Shown here: positions 8,339-18,547 of the stretch, piece by piece | Position numbering within the stretch: position 1 is the stretch's first letter | Layout of the letters: each line of letters begins with the position of its first letter | Assembly (NCBI GenBank): GCA_009691715.1 | Contig: SIAN01000017.1 | Coordinates: 10,867-74,866 of the forward strand | DNA: 64,000 nucleotides | Direction of reading: 5' to 3' | Source of the DNA: Planctomycetota bacterium | Lineage (GTDB): Bacteria > Planctomycetota > B15-G4 > SIAN01 | Translations under genes and position numbers: made by a program | The notes under the pieces: generated by a model | Databases searched by the model: none | Seen by the model: the letters and a program-made list of their open reading frames with translations, nothing else | Told to the model about the DNA's origin: nothing

Positions 8339-9898
8339 GTGTCGCGTCCTCCAATGGACGACGGCACGAAGCAAGGCACCGACGACTCCCTCCGCCTGAC
8401 CGCGCTGCTCGAGCAGTTCGCCGTCGATCGCACGTCGCTCTACGACCTGCCTGCGGAGCTGCGGCGCCGGTTGCTCGCTGCGTGCGGCAAGCTCTCCGAC
8501 CCGGAGGCGGTCGACTACCGGCGGCTCCGCAAGTCGCTGCGCAAGAAGGACCGCCGCAAGGTCCGCGAGCGCGATCTCGCGACGCTCGAGCAGTCAGCGC
8601 TGCGGCGCGCGCGGAGCGAGGGCAAGGTCGAGAGCGACCTGCTGCCGAAGCACGCGCTGCCGCCGAAGGACGAGACACCGCAGCCGTTGTTCGCGACGGC
8701 AGCCGGTAGGGCCGAATTGCCGCCGCGCAGCACCGCGATCGCGACGACGCTCACTAAGCCGCGCTTCTGCTACGCCTGCAAGGCGCCCTATGTGCAAGTG
8801 CACTTCTTCTACGACGCGATGTGCAACGCCTGCGGGGACCTGAACTTCCGCAAACGCGACGAGCGCTGCGACCTGTCGGGTCGAGTCGCGCTGGTGACGG
8901 GCGGCCGCATCAAGATCGGCCAGGAGATCGTCCGCAAGCTGCTGCGCTGCGGTGCGACCGTGATCGTGACCACGCGCTTCGCCGTCGATGCCGCGCGCCG
9001 TTATTCCGAGCTGCCCGACTTCGTCCGCTTCGCCGATCGACTGCGCGTCTTCGGGCTCGATCTGCGCCACACGCCGAGCGTCGAGCGCTTCTGTGCCGAG
9101 CTCGACGCCACGCTCGAGCGACTCGACTTCATCGTCAACAACGCCTGCCAGACCGTGCGCCGCCCGCCGGCCTACTACGCCCACATGATGGAGGCCGAGC
9201 AGCGCGGCCTCGAGGCGCTGGCGCCTCCGCAGCGCCTGCTCCTCTCGGGTGTCGCTGGCGCGGTGGGGGGCGCGGCGCTCGCTCGCGCTCCCGATCACGC
9301 GGCGGCCGCGGCGCACTCGCAGCTCGCCTGGCACGAGGACGACCGCGCGCCCGCCCACAATCTCTTCCCCGAGCATGCGTACGACGCCGATCGCCAGCAG
9401 ATCGACCTGCGCAAGATGAACAGCTGGCGGCTCAAGCTGCACGAGGTGGCGACGCCGGAGCTGCTCGAGGTGCAACTGGTGAACGCGATCGCGCCCTATG
9501 TGTTGAACGCACGGTTGAAGCCATTGCTGGAGCGGGTGGCGACGGCGGACAAGCACATCGTGAATGTCTCCGCCATGGAGGGGCAGTTCGGTCGCGGGAC
9601 CAAGACCGACCGCCATCCCCACACCAACATGGCCAAGGCGGCGCTCAACATGATGACGCGCACGTCGGCGCAGGATTACCGCCGGTCGGGCATCCACATG
9701 AACAGCGTCGACACCGGCTGGGTGACCGACGAGGATCCGGCCGAAATCGCGTTGCGCAAGGAGCGCGAGGGGTTCCAGCCGCCGCTCGACGCCATCGACG
9801 GCGCCGCGCGCGTGTGCGATCCGATCATCTCCGGCTTCCTCACCGGCCAGCACGTGAGCGGGCTGTTCTTGAAGGACTACGTTCCGACTGTCTGGTGA
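8339..9898 (+). CDS. SDR-superfamily oxidoreductase with a ~180-aa N-terminal extension containing CxxC...CxxC
   Basis: Rossmann motif VTGGRIKIGQEI, then NNAC, then ...NMAKAALNMM. The extension carries FCYACKAPY...MCNACGDLN. An alternative start is ATG 8354 (MDDGTKQ). Confidence 0.85.
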   Translation: MSRPPMDDGTKQGTDDSLRLTALLEQFAVDRTSLYDLPAELRRRLLAACGKLSDPEAVDYRRLRKSLRKKDRRKVRERDLATLEQSALRRARSEGKVESDLLPKHALPPKDETPQPLFATAAGRAELPPRSTAIATTLTKPRFCYACKAPYVQVHFFYDAMCNACGDLNFRKRDERCDLSGRVALVTGGRIKIGQEIVRKLLRCGATVIVTTRFAVDAARRYSELPDFVRFADRLRVFGLDLRHTPSVERFCAELDATLERLDFIVNNACQTVRRPPAYYAHMMEAEQRGLEALAPPQRLLLSGVAGAVGGAALARAPDHAAAAAHSQLAWHEDDRAPAHNLFPEHAYDADRQQIDLRKMNSWRLKLHEVATPELLEVQLVNAIAPYVLNARLKPLLERVATADKHIVNVSAMEGQFGRGTKTDRHPHTNMAKAALNMMTRTSAQDYRRSGIHMNSVDTGWVTDEDPAEIALRKEREGFQPPLDAIDGAARVCDPIISGFLTGQHVSGLFLKDYVPTVW

Positions 9899-9958
9899 GG
9901 CGACGCCTCCGCAGTACCATCGCACGCCCTTCAGTATCTGCTCCGCGAACCAGGTTGG

Positions 9959-11722
9959 ATGACCATGCCCGCACCACGCAACCCGTCTCGTCGAGGCACC
10001 AGCGGCAGCAGTACCAGCAGCGCCAGCAGCACCAGTGCCACCAGCAGCACCGGCAGCGCGCGTAGCGGCACCAAGTTGCGGCGCGGGCACGCCGAGCCGC
10101 CAAAGAGCCCGGTTCCGTTCATCGCCGCGATCGCCGGGGGAGTCGCGGTGCTCGCGATCGCGGTGTTCCTGTTCAAGCGCGGCGACGACGAACCGGTCGA
10201 CCACGCTGCGGCGATCGCTGCTGCGGCCGAGGCCGAGAGCGCTGCGGCGGCAGCCGCGGTCGAGGAGGCGGCCGCAAAGGCGGCGGCAGCGGCTGCCGCG
10301 ATCCCGACGCCACCGCCCGCGCCGAAAGAGCCGCCGTTGCCGGATCGGGAGACGCTGCGCCGTCAAGTCCGGACCGCGGCCTCGGCCGCCGAGGCGGCGA
10401 CGCTCGCGATCGACGCCGACCGGCTGAAGGACGAGAAGTTGTCGGAGGAGTGCTGGACGCGCGTCTTTCAGCTCGACGCGGATCACCCGCAGGCGCGCGC
10501 GAAGCTCGACGTCCGGAAGTTGGCACCGGCGGACGATCTCGAGGGCTTCTCCGACGTTGTGCGAACGCCGCAGAAGGTGGCGCTCCAGTCGTTCTATGAC
10601 GAGGCGAGCCAGGAGCTCACGCGTAGCGGCCGCGCCGAGGTGGTCAAGCGCTGGAACGAGGTGCGACCGGCGCTCGAGGAGCGCGCGGCGAAAGGCAAGA
10701 GCGATCCCTTCTTCAAGGCCATCGATGCGTTGCGCGGGACGCTCGTCGAACGGCCGTTCTTCGCCAAGCTCGAATACGAGATGGTCGAGAGCAGGCCACC
10801 GTACGCCCTGTTCGTCGAGGTGGCCGGGACGCCGGCGGAGCGGGAGAAGCGGCGTGCCGCCGTCGAGGCCGGCTACTCCCCCTACCTCGAGGCGTTCGAC
10901 AAGCGCATCCGCTCCTACCTCCTCCCGCTGACCCCCAAGCCGCCGGCCGAAGATCCGTTCCTGCCGGTCTTCATCTTCCTGAACGAGAAGCGCTACCAGG
11001 ACTACCAGGTCGAGGACCACGGTGGACGTGGCAGCCCCGGGATGCGCGCACACTACGAGCCGTGGAGCAAGCAGAGCTTCACCTGGACGACGGTGATCAA
11101 GCCCGGGCTCGGCGCCTTCGAGTCGGGAGTGCAGACGCTGCTGCACGAGCTGACCCACGCCTGGATCGACCGGCTCGCGTCGAGCGACGGCGGCGAGTCC
11201 TGCGCGATCGGCGAGCTCAACACGCACTGGTTCAGCGAGGGGATCGCGGAGTACATGTCGTACCACTTCCGCGACGGCGAAATGATCAAGTTCCAGCCGT
11301 GGCGCTCGGGCCGGTTGGCCGAGACCGGCCGCACCGCGAAGCTGAGGGTCGGACTGAAGCGCGCGCTCGCGATGCCACTGCACGGGCTGAACGCGGTCGC
11401 CGCGACCATGGTCGGCGACGTCGAAGGCGAGCAGCGCGATGGCCTGATCTCGACCATCTCGAGCGGCTTCTATGCCGACATGAGCAACTTCATCCTCTGG
11501 CTCAACTTCCCGGCCGGCGCCAATCGCGCCGCGCAGTGGAAGGAGTACGCGAAGGCCGAGCTTTTTGGCGAAGGCGGCGATGCGGCATTCAAGCGCTGCT
11601 TCCCCGGCCTGCTCGAACAGGGAGCGGAGCTCGACGCCATCGTCGACGAATTCGTGAAGCAGATCGCCGGCGGGAAGATCAACGCCTACAAGGAAGTGCA
11701 GAAGGCGGGCAGCGACTTCTGA
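9959..11722 (+). CDS. Membrane-anchored HExxH metalloprotease-like protein (DUF1570 / peptidase MA-like)
   Basis: Ser/Thr-rich N-terminus, one TM (PFIAAIAGGVAVLAIAVFLF), an Ala-rich linker, then LLHELTHAWIDRL and WFSEGIAEYMS (HExxH plus a downstream Glu). Confidence 0.85.
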   Translation: MTMPAPRNPSRRGTSGSSTSSASSTSATSSTGSARSGTKLRRGHAEPPKSPVPFIAAIAGGVAVLAIAVFLFKRGDDEPVDHAAAIAAAAEAESAAAAAAVEEAAAKAAAAAAAIPTPPPAPKEPPLPDRETLRRQVRTAASAAEAATLAIDADRLKDEKLSEECWTRVFQLDADHPQARAKLDVRKLAPADDLEGFSDVVRTPQKVALQSFYDEASQELTRSGRAEVVKRWNEVRPALEERAAKGKSDPFFKAIDALRGTLVERPFFAKLEYEMVESRPPYALFVEVAGTPAEREKRRAAVEAGYSPYLEAFDKRIRSYLLPLTPKPPAEDPFLPVFIFLNEKRYQDYQVEDHGGRGSPGMRAHYEPWSKQSFTWTTVIKPGLGAFESGVQTLLHELTHAWIDRLASSDGGESCAIGELNTHWFSEGIAEYMSYHFRDGEMIKFQPWRSGRLAETGRTAKLRVGLKRALAMPLHGLNAVAATMVGDVEGEQRDGLISTISSGFYADMSNFILWLNFPAGANRAAQWKEYAKAELFGEGGDAAFKRCFPGLLEQGAELDAIVDEFVKQIAGGKINAYKEVQKAGSDF

Positions 11723-11871
11723 CTCGAGTCGCCTGAAGTGTCGCGATTCTGACAAGGGAGCGCATCGCGCCGGCCAAACAGCGCAACGGCCGCTCGCTAC
11801 ATTCCCGTCTCGCACCGCCGTTTCGCGCCGACTTCGTCGCGTGATCGACGCTGCTGGCAGAAGGAGTGTTC

Positions 11872-12813
11872 ATGGTCGCCACCTGGTTCGCGCACTGCTG
11901 GATCGTGGTCGCCTCATCTTTCGCCACAGCGGCGCCGATCGGTGGCGACTGCGCGAACTGCTCGCTGACGGCGCTCTGCGCACCGCACCAGAAGGAAGAG
12001 GCCGCAGCGGTCGCCGGGCTCGCGGCGAAGCTGAAGTCGAAGGATCCATTCGATCGCAAGGCGACCGTCGACAAGCTGGCCGAGCTCGACCACGCCCGTC
12101 CGCTGGGTCCCTCCGCCGAGATCGCCAAGCTGGTCGCCGGCACGCTCGATGACGACAATCATCTGGTGCGACTCGGGTCGGTGCAGGCGCTGGCCGCGAA
12201 GATGCATCCCGACGTCGCCGTGCCGGCGCTTTGCAACGCGCTGAACTTGACGATGAAGGCGCTCGCAAAGATGCCGTACGGCCGCGCGGACTGGGGCGGC
12301 GGTGGCGGCGCGGGTGCTGGTGAGGACAATCCGCCGCCGGAGGATCCGAAGGCGATCGAGAAGCGCAAGCAGCGCGACGAGTTGAACACGTTGGCGCAGG
12401 AACTGGTGAACGCGCTCACGATCCTGCCCGACGACCGCAGCGTCACGGCGCTGATGGAGATGTTGCCGCAACTGTCACGCTGGCACGAAGCATTGCTCAC
12501 CTCGACCGCCGGCGCCCTGGTCAAGCTCCGCGCGCGCAAGGGCATCGAAGTGGTGGTGCAACGGATCAAGCTCTCCCCGATCGGCGACAGCGGCAGCAAG
12601 TGGGGCGGCCCCGACAAGACCGGCGCGACGTTGCGCGATGTACTCGCGCGCGGACTCGAAGACGCCGGCAGCGAACCGGTCCCGCCATGGAGCGACGAGG
12701 AAGCGCCCGACTGGGAGCGCTGGTTCGCCAAGAACCAGAAGCACTTTCTGGCGAAGCTCGGGAAGCTGACCGTCGAGGCGATGCAGATGGGCGACGAAGC
12801 CGGCGCGAACTGA
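11872..12813 (+). CDS. HEAT-repeat-like secreted hypothetical protein
   Basis: AAGGAG lies 6 nt upstream of ATG 11872. Hydrophobic N-terminus, helical-repeat text (LVRLGSVQALAAKMHPDVAVPALCNAL), high GC3. Confidence 0.8.
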   Translation: MVATWFAHCWIVVASSFATAAPIGGDCANCSLTALCAPHQKEEAAAVAGLAAKLKSKDPFDRKATVDKLAELDHARPLGPSAEIAKLVAGTLDDDNHLVRLGSVQALAAKMHPDVAVPALCNALNLTMKALAKMPYGRADWGGGGGAGAGEDNPPPEDPKAIEKRKQRDELNTLAQELVNALTILPDDRSVTALMEMLPQLSRWHEALLTSTAGALVKLRARKGIEVVVQRIKLSPIGDSGSKWGGPDKTGATLRDVLARGLEDAGSEPVPPWSDEEAPDWERWFAKNQKHFLAKLGKLTVEAMQMGDEAGAN

Positions 12814-12844
12814 CGCGGCCGGCAGGGCTACTGCAACCAACCGA

Positions 12845-14724
12845 CTACTGCAACGTCACGCTCACGAGGTTGGTGATCGCGCCCTGCTTCGGCTTGTAGC
12901 TGTCGACGACCAGCGACTGCAGGTAGCCGGTGAAGCCGATCAAGGTCGGGTCGGAAGGAATGTCGATCGCGATCGTGCGCGCGCCATTGGCACCGATCGG
13001 CCCGCGATCGAGCAGGACTGCGGTCACGAGGTCGATCCCGAACGTCCCGAACGGCGGCAGCGGGAAGCTGCCGGTGCCGGTACTGGCCCAGATCCAGGCG
13101 TCGGCGCCCTGCGTTCCAGTGCTGTCCCACTCGAGGTCGTAGCCATCGGGCGCGCCGCCGTTCTCGATCCCGACCGCGCGCACCGTGACGTTCGCGAGGT
13201 CGCTCCAATCGATCGTCGAGCGGCCGTCGATCTCGGCGCCGCTCGTGACCAATCCGCTGACGTCGCGCCAGAATCCCTGGTCACGTCCGGCAAGGACCGG
13301 CACCCCATTGCCAGCGCCACCGACCAGCGGCACCACGGTGTTCCAGGTCGACGAGGTCGACGAGGTCGATCCCGGCGCCGCGAACGACCCGTCCACCGAA
13401 AGCTCGAAACGGTAGTCGTCGTCGGTCGACGGCAGCACCGTCCGGTAGCGCACCTTGGCGACGACCTGCGTCAGCATCCCGACCGGCGTCGCATCGAAGC
13501 CCGACAGGCGCACTTCGCGGTTTCCGGCCGGCAACACCGCGCCGAAGTCGTCCTCGACCAGTGCGTCGGTGAGGTTTGACGCGCCACCACCCACATCGGT
13601 GGCGATCGTCGCGAAGCGGCTGCCGATCCGCGCGAGGAAGCCGAAGTTGCGCGTCTCGGTGGTGGCGCTCGCGGTCACGCCACCGAGTCCCTGCCAGACC
13701 TTCTCCTCATGCAGGTCGTACCCGCGCTTCTTCGGATGGATCTTGTCGAGCCCGAAGAACTGGCAGATGAGCGCATCCGCGCCGAGCTTCGTGCCGGTCG
13801 CGGGATCCTCGTGCGAGTAGTCCGGCCAGATCTCGGCCACGGCGACGCGGCGGCGTTGGCCCCACGCAACATCGCGCAACACCTGATTCCACACCGCTCC
13901 CCACTCGTTGTGGAACGCGTCGTTGCCGTCCTCGTTGTCGTAGACCGTGTTCAGCACCACGTCGCAGTCGGGCAGCTCGGAGAGCAGCGTCGACAGCAGC
14001 TCCTGCAGGTTCTGCCGGGCGACAACCAGGTTCGCGGCTGTCTGCGCGTGGTGCCATCGTCGGAGAGGAAGTCGTTGCCGCCGATCGAGATCGAGACCAG
14101 CTGCGGCGCCAGCGCGATGGCATCGAAGATCGTCCCGCTCGCCGCCGGGTCGAGCAGATCGTTGGTCTCGTAACCGAGTACCGCCTGCTTCAATAGCGTC
14201 GCCGATCCAGCGCGATCGAGCTTCGCAATGGTGAGCGGCTTCACGTAATCGTTCGCGCCGCTCGGCGAATCGCACAGGTTGAAGCCGTACGCGATCGAGT
14301 CGCCGAGCGCGACATGCAGCAGCGGCGACCCGGGCGAGGAGGCGCGCAGGTGACCGACCAGGAAGTCGGCGACGGCGGGCCGACGCCGTCCTTGCGGCCA
14401 AGCGGGGATCGGATCGGCGTCGGCGCCAAGGTCCTGGAACGACAGGCGCCAATTCGCGCCCGGCAGCGCTTCGAGGACGTACTGCAGGCCAGCGGTCCCC
14501 GCGAACGTGTAGCGACCGTCGGCGCCGGAGAGCACCGTCTGGTCGAAGTTGCCGTCCTCGCCATAGAGCGTGACCGGGACGTTCCCGAGGAGCGGCTCGC
14601 CGGCGTCACGCACGCCGTCGCGGTTGAGGTCATGGAAGAGCGTGCCGTCGACGGTCTGCGCGCGCAGCGAAGCGACCGCGAGAATGAGCAGGAACGGCAG
14701 CGGAAGGGTGACGAGGTGTTTCAC
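12845..14724 (-). pseudogene. Secreted SGNH/GDSL hydrolase with an N-terminal SdrD-B-like domain, frameshifted near 14050
   Basis: GTG at 14724 with GGAGA upstream. The N-terminal part reads MKHLVTLPLPFLLILAVASLRAQTVDGTLFHDLNRDGVRDAGE...HVALGDSIAYG...SISIGGNDFLSDDG in the frame of track ORF 13951..15222. The sensible continuation (AQTAANLVVARQNLQELLSTLLSELPDCDVVLNTVYDNEDGNDAF...) is in the frame of ORF 12845..14452. Beyond the junction, each frame reads as Arg-rich nonsense. Confidence 0.75.
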
Positions 14725-14815
14725 GCGAGATCTCCGGATCCGGGCGCCGAGATGATCGCGCGGGGCGGCAGAAACCGACAGGGCCCGTCGGCGCGAGCTC
14801 TCCGCGCTCACCGGC

Positions 14816-16351
14816 TCAGCGCGCCAGTGCTGTGCGCAGCGCCGCGACCGGCGTGAAGTCGGGCTCGTCGGGGAGGCGCAGGTAGTGGACCAGCACGGCC
14901 AAGCGCGCCGCGCCACGCGTCCCGTCGTGCCAGCCCGGCGAGTCGCCGCAGGCCTCCACCGCGGCGAAGAACTTCCAGTCGTGCGACTCGCGGCCCTTCG
15001 CGACCAGCAGCCCGCGCGCGGCGGCGATGAAATCGCTCGGCGCACCCGGCGCGGCGAGTTGCGCAGCCGTGCGGCACGCCAGGGCGCGACGATCGCCGCC
15101 GTGGTCGGCGAGGAGCGATTCGAAGGCCACTCCCGACGCCACTCGGACGGAATCCTCGACCAGGTCGGAGAGACGCGCGGAACGCTCACGCGGCAACTGC
15201 TTCGCGCCGCCGAACGCGGCACGCCAGCGCGGAAGCCAGGCCGCCGCCTGCAGCAACGCCGTCCATCGCAGCTCCAGCGAATCGGTGCGGCGCGACAGTT
15301 CGTGCAGCGCGCGAATCGAAGTCGTGGCGTGCACCGCGAGCAGGCCGCGATTCTCCATCAGCAGTTCGAGCGCCACGTCGCCGACCAGCGCGAAACCTGC
15401 GTCCAACTGCCGTTCGCGCGAATGGTGGACGAGCGCCCGCAGCAACCCACCTCGGGCTGCGGACGCATCGGCACCGAGCGTCGCCAGGTCGAACGCACGC
15501 TCGCCGGTGCGAGCGGTGTCACCAAGCCCGAGCTCCGCGAGATCACCCGTCGCGACCCCGCCCTGCGCCGCGATCTGCGCCGCGAGTTCGCGGCTGCGCG
15601 GGTAGTCGCGGCTCGCCTCGCTCTCGCCCGGCAACAGCAGCCCCTGCACCAGCGAGCGCAGCAGCGTCTCGGCGTGCTGCCAGCCGAACTGATCCAGCAG
15701 CTGAAACGCGCCCGCGGCGAAGATCGGATGGTGGCCGACGTCAGCGAAGTTCCGCAGCGCCCACGGCAGCAACTGCTCGATCAGCGCCTCGCGTGGCGCA
15801 CCGCGTGCGAGCGCCGTGATCGCGCGATCGCCCCGCTCGGCATCCCAGTTCGCGCACGCCTCCGCCAGCAGCGTCGCGGCGCGCTCCACCGTCGGCAGCG
15901 CGCCAGCCGGCGGCGGTTCCGGCAGGCCGCCACCCGGCGGCGCGCGCGCATTCAGCTGCTGGTAGTTCGCCAGCGCGTAGGCGAGCGGCAGCAGCCGTTC
16001 CGCAACCGGCAACGCCCGCGCGACCTGCCAGACCGACGGCAGTTGCAGCACGCAATGGAACTGGAACCCGACCGGCTGCGGCCGCACGTCGCTCACGCCG
16101 GCGTAGAGCAGCGCCACCAGCAAGCACTCAGGCGTGAGTCCGGCACGCGTGCGCTCGACCAGCTCGGCGACCACGCGCGCGGGCTCGACCGTCTGCACGA
16201 AGCGCACCAACTCCCCGAGCTCGCCGCGCACCCCGGCCACTCGCGCGCGTCCGCGCCACCAACCAGACGGCATCGTCGCTGCCGCCAGCGCGAACGACCC
16301 GCACGCCGCCTCGCCGATGAACTCCCTGCGTGTCGAGCGGACCATCGTCAT
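14816..16351 (-). CDS. Hypothetical protein with a Tat-type signal (RREFIG)
   Basis: 511-aa ORF with high GC3. N-terminus MTMVRSTRREFIGEAACGSFALAAA. I recognise no family. Confidence 0.8.
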   Translation of the reverse strand: MTMVRSTRREFIGEAACGSFALAAATMPSGWWRGRARVAGVRGELGELVRFVQTVEPARVVAELVERTRAGLTPECLLVALLYAGVSDVRPQPVGFQFHCVLQLPSVWQVARALPVAERLLPLAYALANYQQLNARAPPGGGLPEPPPAGALPTVERAATLLAEACANWDAERGDRAITALARGAPREALIEQLLPWALRNFADVGHHPIFAAGAFQLLDQFGWQHAETLLRSLVQGLLLPGESEASRDYPRSRELAAQIAAQGGVATGDLAELGLGDTARTGERAFDLATLGADASAARGGLLRALVHHSRERQLDAGFALVGDVALELLMENRGLLAVHATTSIRALHELSRRTDSLELRWTALLQAAAWLPRWRAAFGGAKQLPRERSARLSDLVEDSVRVASGVAFESLLADHGGDRRALACRTAAQLAAPGAPSDFIAAARGLLVAKGRESHDWKFFAAVEACGDSPGWHDGTRGAARLAVLVHYLRLPDEPDFTPVAALRTALAR

Positions 16352-16404
16352 CTCCAGCGAGCTCGCTCCGTTCGGCCATTCGCGTTTTCTGCCGCCTCGG
16401 CATC

Positions 16405-18522
16405 ATGGCGCGACTCTCTGCCAGGAACTCGCTCACGATGCGCCAGCAACTTCGGTCCCCCGTCGTGATCTCCGCGACGGTCATCCTCAGCGGCCTTCTC
16501 AGCAGCCTGCTCGGTTGCCGTGCCGCGCCCGACGGAGCGTCTCACGTGCCCACCCCCGGATCTGGACTGCTCCTCGCCGACCTCGACCTCACCGCCGACA
16601 AGGCGCGCGACTTCAATCGCTTCGCCAACGGTGGCTGGCTCGACCAGAACCCGGTGCCGGCCGACGAGGCTGCTTGGGGCGTCTTCGACGAGGTCGAGAA
16701 GAGGAACCTCGAAGTGCTGCGGGCGCTGCTCGAGGAGGCGGCGGACGGCGCGGGCGCGCCGAAGGACGATCTCCACCGCAAGCTCGGCGACTACTTCGCG
16801 AGCGGCCTCGACGAGGCGGCGATCGAGCGTCGTGGCCTGAAGCCGCTCGCCGGCGACCTCGCCGCGATCGACGCGCTCGTCGATCTGAAGCAGCTCCCGG
16901 CGCTGCTCGCGCGACTGCACTGGAACGGCACCTCCGCGCTCTTCGGCATCGGCGCCGGGCCTGACCTCGCCGACTCGTCCCGCAACGTCCTCTGGGTGGT
17001 GCAGGACGGGATGGGGCTGCCGGAACGTGACTACTACTTCCGCAGCGACGACACGTCGGTTGCCCTGCGCGCGCAGTACACGGCACACGTGGCGCGACTC
17101 GGAGCGCTGCTGGCGAGTGCGTCAGGCAGCACCGACGACGCTCCGGCGGCGGCGCGACAAATCCTCGAGCTCGAAGCCGAGCTCGCCGAGGCCGCCTTCG
17201 GCAACCTCGAGTTCCGCGACCCGCAGAAACTGCTGAACAAGGTCGCGTTCGAGCAGTTGCAGTTGATGACGCCGCACTTCGACTGGAGCGCCTACTTCGC
17301 GGCGATGGGGGTTGATCGCGGCGCGACGATCAACCTGATCGCGCCCGGCTACTTCGCGGCGCTCGATCGCGTGCTGGTCGAGCGCCCGCTCGACCAATGG
17401 CAGGCGTATCTGCGCTGGCAACTCGGTCACGCGCACGCCGAGTACCTTCCGCGTGCCTTCGACGAGGCGAACTTCGAGTTCTTCGGCAAGACGCTCGGCG
17501 GCGCACAGCAGCAGCGCCCGCGCTGGCGGCGCGTCGTCGACGCAACTGGGGCGGCGATGGGCGAGGCGCTCGGTCAGGCGTTCGTCGCCAGGACCTTCAG
17601 TCCGAACGCCAAGGTCCGTTGCCAGAAGATGGTCGACGACCTGCTCGCAGCCTTCCGCGCGCGCCTGCTCGCGCTCGACTGGATGGGGGAGGAGACGCGG
17701 CAGAAGGCGCTCACCAAGCTCGCTGCGTTCAAGTGCAAGATCGGCTACCCGGACCAATGGCGCGACTGGGCCGGCCTCGTGGTCGAGCGCGGCGCGTGGC
17801 TCGAAAACCACCAGCGTGCGGTCGCGTTCGAGAAGAAGCGCGACCTGGCGAAGGTCGGCAATCCGGTAGACCGGACGGAGTTCGGCATGCCGGCCTATCT
17901 GGTGAACGCCGGCTACAACCCGACCAACAACGACATCACCTTTCCCGCAGGGATCCTGCAGCCGCCCTTTTTCAGCGAGAGCTACGACGACGCGCTCAAC
18001 TACGGCGCGATGGGGGCGGTGATCGGCCACGAAATCACCCACGGCTTCGACGACCAGGGCAGCCAGTTCGATCCGACCGGCAACCTCGCCAACTGGTGGA
18101 CGCCGGCCGATCGCGCCGAGTTTGAGCGCCGCGCGCAGGTCGTGACCGAGCAGTTCGACGGCTACGTGGCGGTCGGGGAGCTGCACGTGAACGGCAAGCT
18201 GACGCTCGGCGAGAACCTCGCCGATCTCGGCGGCGTCACGATCGGCTACGACGCGCTCCAGCGCGCGCTCGCCGGCAAGCCGCGCCCCGCGATCGACGGC
18301 TTCACGCCCGAGCAGCGCTTCTTCCTCGCCTGGGCGCGCGCGTGGCGGTCCAACGAGACGCCCGAACAGCAACGGCTGCAGGTGCAGACGAATCCCCACT
18401 CGCCGGCACGGTTTCGTGCGATCGGCCCGCTCTCGAACGTCGACGAGTTTGCCGCCGCTTTCGGCCTGCCGGCCGATGCGCCGATCATGCGGCCAGCCGC
18501 GCAGCGCGCGCGGGTCTGGTAG
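16405..18522 (+). CDS. M13 family zinc metallopeptidase (second copy), lipoprotein-like
   Basis: SGLLSSLLGC lipobox-like segment. FNRFANGGWL, HEITHGFDDQGSQFD, GENLADLGG. The start could be ATG 16405 or ATG 16438. Confidence 0.92.
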   Translation: MARLSARNSLTMRQQLRSPVVISATVILSGLLSSLLGCRAAPDGASHVPTPGSGLLLADLDLTADKARDFNRFANGGWLDQNPVPADEAAWGVFDEVEKRNLEVLRALLEEAADGAGAPKDDLHRKLGDYFASGLDEAAIERRGLKPLAGDLAAIDALVDLKQLPALLARLHWNGTSALFGIGAGPDLADSSRNVLWVVQDGMGLPERDYYFRSDDTSVALRAQYTAHVARLGALLASASGSTDDAPAAARQILELEAELAEAAFGNLEFRDPQKLLNKVAFEQLQLMTPHFDWSAYFAAMGVDRGATINLIAPGYFAALDRVLVERPLDQWQAYLRWQLGHAHAEYLPRAFDEANFEFFGKTLGGAQQQRPRWRRVVDATGAAMGEALGQAFVARTFSPNAKVRCQKMVDDLLAAFRARLLALDWMGEETRQKALTKLAAFKCKIGYPDQWRDWAGLVVERGAWLENHQRAVAFEKKRDLAKVGNPVDRTEFGMPAYLVNAGYNPTNNDITFPAGILQPPFFSESYDDALNYGAMGAVIGHEITHGFDDQGSQFDPTGNLANWWTPADRAEFERRAQVVTEQFDGYVAVGELHVNGKLTLGENLADLGGVTIGYDALQRALAGKPRPAIDGFTPEQRFFLAWARAWRSNETPEQQRLQVQTNPHSPARFRAIGPLSNVDEFAAAFGLPADAPIMRPAAQRARVW

Positions 18523-18547
18523 TCCCCCGAAACCAAGGATTCCCGTG

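Noticed and set aside
12829-12854. The direct repeat ctactgcaac x2 between the convergent genes at 12813/12845, and the palindrome GACTCGAGTC at about 11721-11731, as regulatory or terminator elements.
   Set aside because: They are short, have no stem-loop plus T-tract structure, and could easily arise by chance.
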